Assembly: GCA_963771465.1 (NCBI GenBank)
Contig: CAVYTU010000018.1
Span: forward strand, 96,001-160,000
Direction of reading: 5' to 3'
Source: an uncultured delta proteobacterium
Lineage (GTDB): Bacteria > Desulfobacterota > Binatia > UBA9968
DNA length: 64,000 nucleotides
The position numbers and the translations under genes were made by a program. Shown here in pieces: positions 37,320 to 46,671 of this stretch (position 1 is its first letter; the number at the start of each line of letters is the position of its first letter). The notes below the pieces were generated by a model that saw only the letters and a list, made by a program, of their open reading frames with translations, was not told the origin of the DNA and made no database searches.

Positions 37320-38096
37320 ATGAACAAGCAAGGGAGGTTCACAATATTAGAAAGCCGCGGCGCCGTAGCGCTGCTTACGATCAACCGGCCGGAGAAGCGC
37401 AATGCGCTCAGCCGCGATGCGATTCGTGAGATTCTCGCGGTCTTCGAGGAGCTGCGTAACAATGACGAGATCGCCGTCGTGCTGACCACCGGCGCAGGAA
37501 ATGTGGCTTACTGCGCCGGGCGCGATCTTTCGGAGTTTCCCACCGAGGGCGGACAGAATCGCGGCACGGATCGGCGCAAAGAGCCGCGCGCTTACCACGT
37601 CGCCGAAGTTATTCGGACATTCCCCAAAGTCACCATCGCGGTGGTGAACGGTTTCTGTCTCGGTGCAGGAATTACTTTGTTGTTGCCGCATGATCTGGCC
37701 ATCGCTTCGGACAAAGCGATCTTCGGCTTGCCGGAGATCATGCGCGGATTCCTGCCATACCCGATCATCGCGACGATGTTTAAGACGTTGATTCCGACCA
37801 AGCTGGCTTTCGAACTGATCCTCACCGGCCAAAACTGGGACGCAAAAAAGTCGCTGGACGCTGGCTTGATTAACCGCGTCGTGCCGCACGATCGGTTGCC
37901 AACCGAAGCGTGGAAGTGGGGCGAGGAGATCGGCAAGTTCGATAAGACGACGCTGAAATACTGCAAGATGGCGGCGCACGCGTCGATGGAAGCGGCGAGC
38001 GTGCCCATGGCGGCGGAGATCGCCTGGCTGATGCAAGAAGAGCACGCGCTGGTCAATCCGCACGCGTATGCGGGGACGAGGGAGTTTCATAAGTAG
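37320..38096 (+). CDS. Enoyl-CoA hydratase/isomerase (crotonase) family protein
   Basis: TINRPEKRNALS, YCAGRDL, VNGFCLGAG, FGLPEI. Confidence 0.92.
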   Translation: MNKQGRFTILESRGAVALLTINRPEKRNALSRDAIREILAVFEELRNNDEIAVVLTTGAGNVAYCAGRDLSEFPTEGGQNRGTDRRKEPRAYHVAEVIRTFPKVTIAVVNGFCLGAGITLLLPHDLAIASDKAIFGLPEIMRGFLPYPIIATMFKTLIPTKLAFELILTGQNWDAKKSLDAGLINRVVPHDRLPTEAWKWGEEIGKFDKTTLKYCKMAAHASMEAASVPMAAEIAWLMQEEHALVNPHAYAGTREFHK

Positions 38097-38178
38097 GGTC
38101 TTGAACCAAAGAAGATAAGAGAATTGGCTGCAAAGAACGCAATGAATTAAGGCACGCGGAATTGAAAGAAGCGAAGAT

Positions 38179-38619
38179 TTGACCACCGACCGGCTATCGG
38201 GGAGCGCGCTCGTCGTCTTCTCTCTGTTCGTGATCTGGGAGAGCCGTGTTCTGCCGCTCGGGACATTTCGCCAGCCGGGGCCGGCTTATATTCCGATCCT
38301 GCTCGCTTCGCTGCTGCTAATCTTCGGAATCTTCCTCGTAGCGACCGGCGGGCGCGCGCCGACGCTTTCTTCGATTCTTTGGTCCGAATGGCGTCACGCC
38401 CTGGCGATTTTCGCGGCCTGTATCTTTGCGGCGCTTGGCATCGAGCGTCTTGGCTACCGTCTCACGGTCGTGCTCGTGCTTGGCTTCCTGCTCAAAGTTG
38501 TCGAGAGGCGCGGCTGGAGGGTGACCACAGGTCTTGCCTTGGGGCTAGCGTTCGGCTCGTTCTACCTGTTTCACACGCTCTTGCGGGTTCCTCTACCGTT
38601 GGGAGCGCTGGGGTTTTGA
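38179..38619 (+). CDS. tctB: Tripartite tricarboxylate transporter TctB
   Basis: PGPAYIP, LGY, LRVPLP; four TM segments; TTG start. Confidence 0.85.
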   Translation: MTTDRLSGSALVVFSLFVIWESRVLPLGTFRQPGPAYIPILLASLLLIFGIFLVATGGRAPTLSSILWSEWRHALAIFAACIFAALGIERLGYRLTVVLVLGFLLKVVERRGWRVTTGLALGLAFGSFYLFHTLLRVPLPLGALGF

Positions 38620-38621
38620 CG

Positions 38622-38705
38622 GAAATGAAAAATTCAAAATTTAAACTAAAAAGTAAGGACTGACAGAGTGGATTTTTTACTTTTACATTTTTAATTTTTC
38701 ATTTC
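38622..38705. repeat. AT-rich palindromic element with about 7-bp periodic arms, between tctB and tctA
   Basis: Perfect 13-bp terminal inverted repeat gaaatgaaaaatt (38622-34) / aatttttcatttc (38693-705). Confidence 0.8.
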
Positions 38706-38709
38706 TTCC

Positions 38710-40233
38710 ATGGCCGAAACTCTGCAAAATCTCTATCTCGGATTTTCCGTCGCGCTTGCGCCGAATGTCTTGCTCTATGCTTTTGTCGGCTGCGTGATCG
38801 GCACTCTCGTGGGCGTTTTGCCGGGAGTGGGTCCGCTTGCCGGCATTAGCTTACTGCTGCCCGCATCGTTCGGTCTGGATGCAACTTCGGCTATCGTTCT
38901 GCTCGCGGGCATTTATTACGGCGCCATGTACGGCGGCTCGACGACCTCGATTCTGATGCGCATCCCTGGCGAGGCCGCCTCGGTCATGACCTGCATCGAC
39001 GGCTACGCGATGACGCGCAATGGCCGGGCGGGACCGGCATTGGCCATCGCTGCCGTCGGCTCCTATATCGCCGGGACGGTGAGCGTCGTCGCACTCATGT
39101 TGCTCGCGCCGCCGTTGGCGAGCTTCGCTCTGCGCTTCGGACCGCCGGAGTATTTCACACTGTTACTTTTGGGTCTGGTCGCGCTCGCCTATATGAGCGG
39201 CGGTTCCATGATCAAAGCTCTCGCGATGGCGGCGCTGGGACTGCTCTTAGGTATGATCGGCATCGATCCGATGACCGGTTTCTCGCGCTTCACTTACGGC
39301 CTAGTGGAATTGGGCGACGGCATCGGCGTGGTGCCGGTTGCGGTAGGGCTCTTCGGTCTTTCAGAAATTTTACTGACCGCGGGGCAGCCGACCGCGGTCG
39401 AGGTCAAAAAGCCGCGGCTGAGGGAACTCCTGCCGTCGCGCGATGAATGGAGCGCTTCGCTCTGGCCGATTGGCCGAGGGACGGTTCTGGGCTTTTCGAT
39501 CGGTATCATTCCCGGCTCGGCCCACATCATCTCGTCATTTGTTTCCTACGCCGTCGAGCGGCGTCTCTCCGAGCATCCCGAGCGCTTTGGCCAGGGGGCC
39601 ATCGAAGGTGTCGCCGGTCCCGAGTCGGCGAATAATGCGGCGACCTCTGGTGCGTTTGTTCCCATGCTTGCGCTGGGTGTGCCGTCTGGGCCGATACCGG
39701 CGGTGATGATCGCGGCGATGATGGTACATGGTGTCGCCCCCGGCCCGCTCTTGATCTCGCAGCAGCCGGAGATCTTTTGGGGTTTCATCGCCAGCATGTA
39801 CGTGGGCAATGTGGTGCTGTTGATTTTGAATCTGCCGTTGGTCGGAATATTTGTCAATGTGCTGCGCATACCTTATCCGCTGCTTTATCCGGCGATCCTG
39901 ATTTTTTGCGTTCTCGGCGTCTACGCAGTCAACGGCAGCGTTGTTGACGTCGGTATCATGACGGCGATGGGCGCCCTCGGCTACGGGCTACGCAAGTTTG
40001 ACTTCGAGACCGCGCCGGTAGTATTGGGGCTGGTGCTGGCGCCGATGATGGAGATGAGCTTTCGCCAGTCGTTGTCAATGTCATCGGGCAGCTACGCGAT
40101 CTTTGTCACCCGGCCTATCGCTGTGGTGTTGCTGGCGGTCGGGGTGGCGCTCTTGTTATCGAGCATTATTTCGTTTGTCATGAAAAAGGCGGATTGGCGG
40201 CAACGATCCGGAATTGCCGCCGCCAAAGAGTAG
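38710..40233 (+). CDS. tctA: Tripartite tricarboxylate transporter permease TctA
   Basis: GTLVGVLPGVG, IYYGAMYGGSTTSIL, GPESANNA. Confidence 0.93.
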   Translation: MAETLQNLYLGFSVALAPNVLLYAFVGCVIGTLVGVLPGVGPLAGISLLLPASFGLDATSAIVLLAGIYYGAMYGGSTTSILMRIPGEAASVMTCIDGYAMTRNGRAGPALAIAAVGSYIAGTVSVVALMLLAPPLASFALRFGPPEYFTLLLLGLVALAYMSGGSMIKALAMAALGLLLGMIGIDPMTGFSRFTYGLVELGDGIGVVPVAVGLFGLSEILLTAGQPTAVEVKKPRLRELLPSRDEWSASLWPIGRGTVLGFSIGIIPGSAHIISSFVSYAVERRLSEHPERFGQGAIEGVAGPESANNAATSGAFVPMLALGVPSGPIPAVMIAAMMVHGVAPGPLLISQQPEIFWGFIASMYVGNVVLLILNLPLVGIFVNVLRIPYPLLYPAILIFCVLGVYAVNGSVVDVGIMTAMGALGYGLRKFDFETAPVVLGLVLAPMMEMSFRQSLSMSSGSYAIFVTRPIAVVLLAVGVALLLSSIISFVMKKADWRQRSGIAAAKE

Positions 40234-40252
40234 ATGTTAAAACGGTAAAACC

Positions 40253-40317
40253 GATGATGGAGAATCGAAGATTGAGGCTAGTGAACTTCGATTCTCGGTC
40301 CTCTATCTTCGCATCTC
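40253..40317. repeat. Palindromic element with 7-bp periodic arms (GAGAATC/GATTCTC type)
   Basis: Perfect 11-bp inverted repeat gagaatcgaag (40260-70) / cttcgattctc (40286-96), with degenerate heptamers on each side. Confidence 0.7.
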
Positions 40318-40328
40318 GGAGGTGAAGT

Positions 40329-41351
40329 ATGACGGCCATTTTTAGTCGAGACCGGATCTGTTTATGCCGGCGCAGTGTTTTCCCGGTACTAGTCATTTTG
40401 CTATTCGGCCTTCTAGCGGACTCGGTGGCGCAGGAGAAATATCCCGACCGTCCGATTACGATCGTTGCGCCATTTCCGCCCGGCGGCGTCGCCGATCTCA
40501 TGGCCCGTCCGGTTGCGGCGGCGTTGGAGAAGGTGCTGAAAAATCCGGTGGTGGTCGCCAATAAAGTCGGCGCGGCGGGCGCCGTGGGAATGTCTTTCGT
40601 CGCCAACAGCAAGCCTGACGGTTATAACTTGCTGATGGCGTTATCCAGCATCTCGATCATTCCAGAGGCGGACAAACTCTTCGACCGCAAGCCCGCCTAC
40701 ACCATGGACCAGCTCATTCCCATCGCTCTAATTTCCGCAGACCCGACGATCTTCGTCGTTAGCGCCGATCGGCCGTGGAAAAGCGTCAAGGAGTTTGTCG
40801 ATGACGCCAAGAAACGTCCGGGACAGATTTCATTTTCGTCCTCCGGTGTGTACGGGACCTTGCACATGGCGATGGAGATGCTTTCGCACGGCGCAGGTAT
40901 CAACCTGAAGCATGTGCCATATTCCGGTGCCGGGCCGGCGCTCACGGCGATTCTCGGTGGTCACGTCGATACGCTTGCATCCGGACCGGCAGTTGTGATC
41001 CCGCATATCAAAGCCGGCAAACTGCGGCCTCTTGCCGGTTGGGGCGCCAAACGGGTCGCGTCCCTGCCGGAGGTGGCCACCTTCAAAGAGCTGGGATACG
41101 ACATCGAGTTTTATATCTGGGCCGGACTGTTCGCGCCGCGCGGGACACCGGAGGTGGTTATGAAAAGTATCCGCGAGTCGGTGCGCCAGGCGGTGAACAC
41201 TACCGAGTTCAAAACCGCCATGGAAAAGCTTCAGACCCCGATCGCCTATCTCGACGCGCCCGAGTTCCAAAAATTCTGGGACAAGGACGCCAAGATGCTC
41301 GCCGACGCGATCAAACGCGTGGGGCGACTGGAGATACCTGAAGCGAAGTAG
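40329..41351 (+). CDS. tctC: Tripartite tricarboxylate transporter substrate-binding protein (Bug/TctC)
   Basis: YPDRPITIVAPFPPGGVAD, KPDGY, HVPYSGAGPA. Confidence 0.92.
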   Translation: MTAIFSRDRICLCRRSVFPVLVILLFGLLADSVAQEKYPDRPITIVAPFPPGGVADLMARPVAAALEKVLKNPVVVANKVGAAGAVGMSFVANSKPDGYNLLMALSSISIIPEADKLFDRKPAYTMDQLIPIALISADPTIFVVSADRPWKSVKEFVDDAKKRPGQISFSSSGVYGTLHMAMEMLSHGAGINLKHVPYSGAGPALTAILGGHVDTLASGPAVVIPHIKAGKLRPLAGWGAKRVASLPEVATFKELGYDIEFYIWAGLFAPRGTPEVVMKSIRESVRQAVNTTEFKTAMEKLQTPIAYLDAPEFQKFWDKDAKMLADAIKRVGRLEIPEAK

Positions 41352-41383
41352 GTTTAGAGTCTTAGGTTTCGGGTTTCGTGTTG
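41352..41383. repeat. Degenerate 7-bp tandem repeat (GGGTTTC type) directly after the tctC stop
   Basis: gtttagagtcttaggtttcgggtttcgtgttg. Confidence 0.4.
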
Positions 41384-41635
41384 TAACCGACAGGTCGCAG
41401 AGTTGAACATTGAAGGCCGGGAGCGAGTCGTCTCTTTGCCGATTGCCTTGACCGGCGCGCGATGTGATCGAGGAAATGGAGATGATGAGCGACGAGGCGA
41501 CGTCCTATATCAATCGCCAGAATGCGATCGTTCAGCGCGACTTTGAGATGACTGCGGGGATATCATGACATCGGGAGCGAGCAGATCGTATCCACAGAGA
41601 CTGATGATGGCCACGTTCACGGAGGGAAAGAGACA

Positions 41636-42112
41636 ATGGCACTGCAAATACGACGGGTAGTCACCGGGCATGATGTGAACGGACGGGCGGTCGTCAAGAT
41701 CGACGAGATCTCCAAAAATCTCGTCTCGAGCCGGCCGAGGCAGTCAGCTTGTGTGGTCTGGACGACGGAATCTTTTCCAGTCGACAACACCGGTGACATC
41801 GACGATGGACTTCGGCAGGTCGGCACGACGTTCAAAAACGGCACAGTTTTTCGTGTTGTCGAGTTTGGTCCCGGGGTGGCGCCGCGCAACCACCGGACGG
41901 ATTCCGTCGATTATGCCGTCGTGATGTCGGGCGAGATCGATATGGAGCTCGATGACACTGTCGTCCATTTGAAGGCCGGTGATGTGCTGGTGCAGCGCGG
42001 CACGATTCATAACTGGGTCAATCGCGGCAGCGAGCCTTGCGTGATGGCCTTCGTTTTGATCGACGCCAGGCCAGTCGAAGTCGGCGGCAAGATGCTCCGT
42101 GCGGAAGGCTAA
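41636..42112 (+). CDS. Cupin domain protein
   Basis: RRVVTGHD, HRTDSVDY, GDVLVQRGTIHNW; GGAGG RBS. Confidence 0.92.
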   Translation: MALQIRRVVTGHDVNGRAVVKIDEISKNLVSSRPRQSACVVWTTESFPVDNTGDIDDGLRQVGTTFKNGTVFRVVEFGPGVAPRNHRTDSVDYAVVMSGEIDMELDDTVVHLKAGDVLVQRGTIHNWVNRGSEPCVMAFVLIDARPVEVGGKMLRAEG

Positions 42113-42114
42113 TC

Positions 42115-42149
42115 GGCAGTCGGAGGTCAGAAGTCAGAAGTCGGACGTC
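42115..42149. repeat. 7-bp tandem repeat (AGAAGTC type), copy 2
   Basis: ggcagtc-ggaggtc-agaagtc-agaagtc-ggacgtc, starting 2 nt after the cupin stop. Confidence 0.7.
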
Positions 42150-42165
42150 TGAAATGGGAATTGCG

Positions 42166-43144
42166 ATGTTACTTGCTCGATTTGTTGCGTTGAGCGCAAT
42201 TCTCTTTGCATCGCCGCTGTTTGCGGCGAGCAAGGCGCCGACGCAACTCCGCGTCGCTTACAGTTCGATCTCCGGCTCGGCGGTGATTCCGTGGATCGCG
42301 GTCGATAAGGGAATCTTCGCCAAATACGATCTCGATGTGGAGTTGATTTATGTCGCCGGCTCGCCGGCGATGCAGTCGTTGCTAGGTGGGACGACGCAGC
42401 TCGGCATTCAAGGCATCGAGCCGGTCATGCGCGTCAATGCGCAGGGTAGCGACGCGGTGATGATCGTCGGTCTGGTGACTAAGCCGCCGTTCTCGATTAT
42501 CGTGCGCCCGGAAATTCGCGAGCCTAAGGATCTCAAGGGTCGGGTCACTCGTTTTGGTTCGGCCACCGATGCGCTGCTGCGTCTTGCCCTCGATAAATGG
42601 GGCTCAGGCCGGAAACCGACGTGCCGATTATTCAGATGGGCGGCGTGCCGCCGATTCTTTCCGGCATGCAGAGCAAGAAGATTTTCGGCGGGCCGATTTC
42701 GCTGCCGACCTTGGCGGTGGCCAAGCAGGAAGGCTTTCGTGAGTTGGTCGACCTGGCCGATGTCATTCCGGACTATCAGTCAGCGGGAGTAGTGACACGG
42801 AAATTGTTTCTGCGCCAAAATCCGGAAGTGGCGCGCAACTTTGTCCGCGCGATCGGCGAGGCGATTGCGGTTTTCAAAAACGACCTGGCGTATTCAAAGA
42901 AGATCATTAAAGACCGGCTGAAAATCGACGACGCGCTGATCCAAGCAGAAACCCAGCGCACCTATCTGAACTACGTCCCGAGGGTTCCTTATCCCAACGG
43001 GCCGGCATCGCGCTGATCAAATCGTTTTTGGAAAAAAGCGAGCTGCAGCTGCGGCCGCTCTCCGTCGACGATCAGATCGATGGCTCGATTTTACGCGGAT
43101 TGGAGCAGAGCGGTTTTTTCAGTGCTTTGTATTCGACCAAGTAG
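42166..43144 (+). pseudogene. NMT1/SsuA-type substrate-binding protein with two frameshifts (near 42600 and 43000) and a probable short deletion
   Basis: LRVAYSSISG...DLKG[gap]RVTRFGS; continues in ORF 42597..43016, then ...LEQSGFFSALYSTK stop at 43144. Confidence 0.75.
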
Positions 43145-43253
43145 CTTTACGCGAATTCAGACATGCTCTCGATTCGAAGCTATAGGTGGGGCGATAGGAA
43201 CCTGTAGTTGCGCATGTTCGACCGCCAAATATCAAACTTGAGAGGCAATTGGC

Positions 43254-44285
43254 ATGAAGAGAAGTTTGTTACTTCTATTATCGCTCAGCTTAATCGCGGT
43301 TGCGCCGGTTGCGGCCCAGACACCATTTTACCAGGGCAAGACCGTGCAGATTCGCGTTGGCTTTGCCGCGGGCGGAGCGTTTGATTTGTGGGCGCGGCTG
43401 ATTGCTCAACATTGGGGGAAATATGTGCCGGGCAATCCGACGTTTGTCGTGCAGAACATGACCGGCGGCGGTTCGATGATCGCGGCAAATTATGTGTATG
43501 GCGTGGCCAAGCCCGATGGCTTGACCCTCGGTGTCGTCAGTCCGGCGATGTATATCGAGCAGGTGACGGGGAAGAAGGAAGTTCAGTACGATTGGTTCAA
43601 GTTCAGTTTCATCGGCTCGCCGGACAAGACCGAACGGATTTTCTATATGCGCGCCGACACCGGGATCAAAACTTTGGAGGATATGCGCACGGTGGCGGAA
43701 ACGCCCAGGTGCGGTTCCACCGGCATCGGCACCGCGGCGTATTATTTCCCGCGCTTGCTGCAAGATACCTTCGGACTCAAGCTCATGATCGTGCCGGGTT
43801 ATCCAGGCGCGGCCGATGTGAACCTTGCCATCGAGAAGGGCGAAGTTCACTGCTTTAGCGGCACCGTTCAAGCGTACTTCGGCAGCGAGCCGCTGCGCAC
43901 GTGGGCAAAGAGCGGGTTCGCGCGTGTGCTCGTGCAGGGCGGTGTGAAGCGCGATCCGCGCATGGCGAGCGTGCCGACGTTGTGGGAGGTGATGGACAAA
44001 AATAAGAGCAGCGAGCTGCACCGCCGTCTGGCGAAGATTCTGCTCATCCCCGACGACATGGGCCGGCCATTATTCGGCCCGCCGGGCATGCCTGCCGATC
44101 GAGTGAAGTTGCTGCGCGACGGATTTAACAAAATGATGAACGATCCGGAACTGCTCGCCGACGCGAAAAAGAAAGGTCTCGATGTCGCACCCTTGAGCGG
44201 CGAAGATGTCGAAGCGCTGATCAAAGAGGCCGGCGTGCCGTCGCCGGATCTGATCCAGCGACTCAAGCCGCTGATGGAGAACTGA
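43254..44285 (+). CDS. Bug/TctC-family substrate-binding protein (FYxGKT subgroup)
   Basis: Signal peptide; FYQGKTV..VGFAAGGAFD, PGNP, AKPDGLT, GYPG. Confidence 0.9.
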   Translation: MKRSLLLLLSLSLIAVAPVAAQTPFYQGKTVQIRVGFAAGGAFDLWARLIAQHWGKYVPGNPTFVVQNMTGGGSMIAANYVYGVAKPDGLTLGVVSPAMYIEQVTGKKEVQYDWFKFSFIGSPDKTERIFYMRADTGIKTLEDMRTVAETPRCGSTGIGTAAYYFPRLLQDTFGLKLMIVPGYPGAADVNLAIEKGEVHCFSGTVQAYFGSEPLRTWAKSGFARVLVQGGVKRDPRMASVPTLWEVMDKNKSSELHRRLAKILLIPDDMGRPLFGPPGMPADRVKLLRDGFNKMMNDPELLADAKKKGLDVAPLSGEDVEALIKEAGVPSPDLIQRLKPLMEN

Positions 44286-44399
44286 TTGCCTCTACTCGCG
44301 TTCGCTTTCATTTAGGTCAAGGACTGCTTGTCTTGTCGGCGTGAATCAGTCTACTTTACCTTCCAGATACTCCGCCGCTAGATTTTATCTTTGACTGTG

Positions 44400-45176
44400 A
44401 TGACCCAACCAGTGGAGAAAAGCGATTCGTTAGCCGGCCATGTGGCGCTCGTCACTGGCGGCGCCACCGGGATCGGGCGCGCCATGGCCGAGGCCATGGC
44501 GAAGGCTGGCGCCAAGGTTTGGATCGCTTCGCGCAACGATGGAGCGATCAATCTAGCGGTCGCCGAAATGCGCGCTGTCGATTGTTCAGTGCACGGCGCG
44601 CGGCTTGACGTGACCGATCGCGCACAGGTCGAAAGTGTCGTCAGCTCGATTGTCGAGGAAGACAAAAAGATCGACATACTTTTCAACGGCGCCGGCGTGA
44701 TGATCAAACATCCGGTCGTCGAAATGCCGGAGGATGTTTGGGATCGGGTGATCGAGGTCAACCTGAAGGGTGTGTTTCTGTGCATCCAGGCGGTGGCACG
44801 CGCCATGATCGCGCGCCGTTATGGGCGCATCATCAATGTTTCCTCGGGACACGTGAAGGGCAATGCGGCCAACTCCGCTTACGCCGCTTCCAAGGGCGGC
44901 TTGGAGTCGTTCACCAAAAGCTTTGCCGCTGAATTAGCGCAACTGAACGTCGACGTGACCATCAACGCCATCGAGCCGGGCGGCACGGACACGGCGATGT
45001 GGCGCCGCGGTAAAAGCGCCGAATACATCAAGCACGCCGTGGCGTCCGGCCGAATTCGTCCGCCGAATTATATGCGCGATGTGGTTATGTATTTGGCGAG
45101 CCCGGCGAGTGGAGCGGTAAATGGAAAAATTATCAATCACCGCGAACGCTCTGACTATGCCAGCAAGTCGGTCTGA
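44400..45176 (+). CDS. SDR-family NAD(P)-dependent oxidoreductase
   Basis: TGGATGIG, FNGAG, YAASK. Confidence 0.92.
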   Translation: MTQPVEKSDSLAGHVALVTGGATGIGRAMAEAMAKAGAKVWIASRNDGAINLAVAEMRAVDCSVHGARLDVTDRAQVESVVSSIVEEDKKIDILFNGAGVMIKHPVVEMPEDVWDRVIEVNLKGVFLCIQAVARAMIARRYGRIINVSSGHVKGNAANSAYAASKGGLESFTKSFAAELAQLNVDVTINAIEPGGTDTAMWRRGKSAEYIKHAVASGRIRPPNYMRDVVMYLASPASGAVNGKIINHRERSDYASKSV

Positions 45177-45190
45177 AACCGGCATCGGAA

Positions 45191-45240
45191 GTTAACCGCA
45201 ACGAGCGCAAAGTGCAAAAATAAAAATTCTGCATCGTTGG
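45191..45240. repeat. Degenerate 9-bp periodic element (CGCAAAG type)
   Basis: aaccgcaacgagcgcaaagtgcaaaa...tgcatcgttgg; related to 54985..55048 and 38126..38146. Confidence 0.4.
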
Positions 45241-45277
45241 CCATTCGAAATACGCCCTTTCTTCGCTAACAACTCTG

Positions 45278-46585
45278 ATGAGCTTACCTGGCAAACAAAG
45301 TTTTTTTTCAAATCTCTACGCCGGCTGGGTGATGGTCGGTTTGGTTTCGGCGCTGCGGGTTATTGGCGGCGGGCTGCATGGTTTCGGCTTCACCGTTTTC
45401 TTTTTGCCCGTGAGCCAAGACCTGGGATTGAACCGGGCGCAGACTTCACTGGCCTTCTCGCTGGCGCGCGCGGAGGGTGCCATCGAAGCGCCGGTGATCG
45501 GTTATCTCGTCGACCGCTTTGGGCCGCGGCCGTTGATGGTAACCGCCGCCTTGCTCGCGGGTGTCGGCTACATCGCGCTCTCGTGGGTTAATAACTACAC
45601 CGCATTTCTGGTGGTCTACCTGGGATTGATCTCACTGGCTTACTCCGCTGGGTTTATTCAAACGCCGATGGTGATCGCCAATAACTGGTTCATCCGCAAA
45701 CGGGCGCGGGCGATGACCGTGGTCGGATCAGCGGTCACCATCGGCGGTACGCTCATTACTCCCGTGCTCGCCGCAACGGTAACTTATTTCGGTTGGCGTT
45801 GGGGTGCGTTTTTCGCCGGCTGTGCTTTTCTAGTAATTTGTATTCCGTTAAGTCTGAAAGTTGTGCGTTCGCCGGAAAGTATCGGCCTGCAACCCGACGG
45901 CGACGCGCCGCCCGATCCGTTTCGTTCAGGCGTCACGGCGGATGGGTCGTCAAGCGCTCGCATGATTGCCACCGACGTCACCGCCAAGGATGCGCTAAAG
46001 AGTCTGGCCTTTTGGTCCCTGGCGTTTTCCATGTTGGTGCGGGTTGGCACGCAGAGCACGTTGATGGTGCATTTTATTCCAATCATGGTTTGGAAAGGCA
46101 TAAGCCAGGAACGGGCCGCGGTGTTGTTGAGTGTTTTCGCGCTACTCAACTTATTGTTTCACTTTCTGCTCGGCTGGATTGCCGACCGGGTCAACAAACC
46201 GCGGCTGCTGTCGCTGTGGATGGTCTTGCCGCTCAGTGCTATCGTCATACTGACTTTCGGCCAATCCACGCTGTCGCTCTGGCTATTCGCGATACTTTAT
46301 TCGGCGCTCGATGCGGCCTTCCCGGTAACTTGGGCGATCATCGGCGATTTTTTCGGCCGCAAGCACTTCGCGACGATTCGCGGCAACATGACCTTCTGTT
46401 ATATGTGGGGCAGCGCGTTGGGTCCGGTGATCGCGGGATATATTTACGATCAAACCCAAAGCTACGGCTCGGTACTCTGGGGATTGGTGGCGACCTTATC
46501 GCTATCGGTGGTACTTACGGGACTATTGATCAAACCGTGGCGGGTTAAGATCGCCGCGCTCGACGGCGCCGCGGTTGCGTCCTAA
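45278..46585 (+). CDS. MFS transporter (OFA/MCT-like)
   Basis: YAGWVMV, GYLVDRFGPR, WFIRKRARA, DFFGRKHFATIRG. Confidence 0.9.
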   Translation: MSLPGKQSFFSNLYAGWVMVGLVSALRVIGGGLHGFGFTVFFLPVSQDLGLNRAQTSLAFSLARAEGAIEAPVIGYLVDRFGPRPLMVTAALLAGVGYIALSWVNNYTAFLVVYLGLISLAYSAGFIQTPMVIANNWFIRKRARAMTVVGSAVTIGGTLITPVLAATVTYFGWRWGAFFAGCAFLVICIPLSLKVVRSPESIGLQPDGDAPPDPFRSGVTADGSSSARMIATDVTAKDALKSLAFWSLAFSMLVRVGTQSTLMVHFIPIMVWKGISQERAAVLLSVFALLNLLFHFLLGWIADRVNKPRLLSLWMVLPLSAIVILTFGQSTLSLWLFAILYSALDAAFPVTWAIIGDFFGRKHFATIRGNMTFCYMWGSALGPVIAGYIYDQTQSYGSVLWGLVATLSLSVVLTGLLIKPWRVKIAALDGAAVAS

Positions 46586-46671
46586 TTGCTAGTGCACGCG
46601 GCGTTCTTTATATTTTGCATAAGGGATTTTTGACTTGCAGATTCACTAACTATTCGAGCGAGGAGTTTGTT

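Noticed and set aside
41400-41568. Coding-like fragment (DVIEEMEMMSDEATSYINRQNAIVQRDFEMTAGIS)
   Set aside because: No clear start or recognisable family; may be a gene remnant but cannot be supported without BLASTx.
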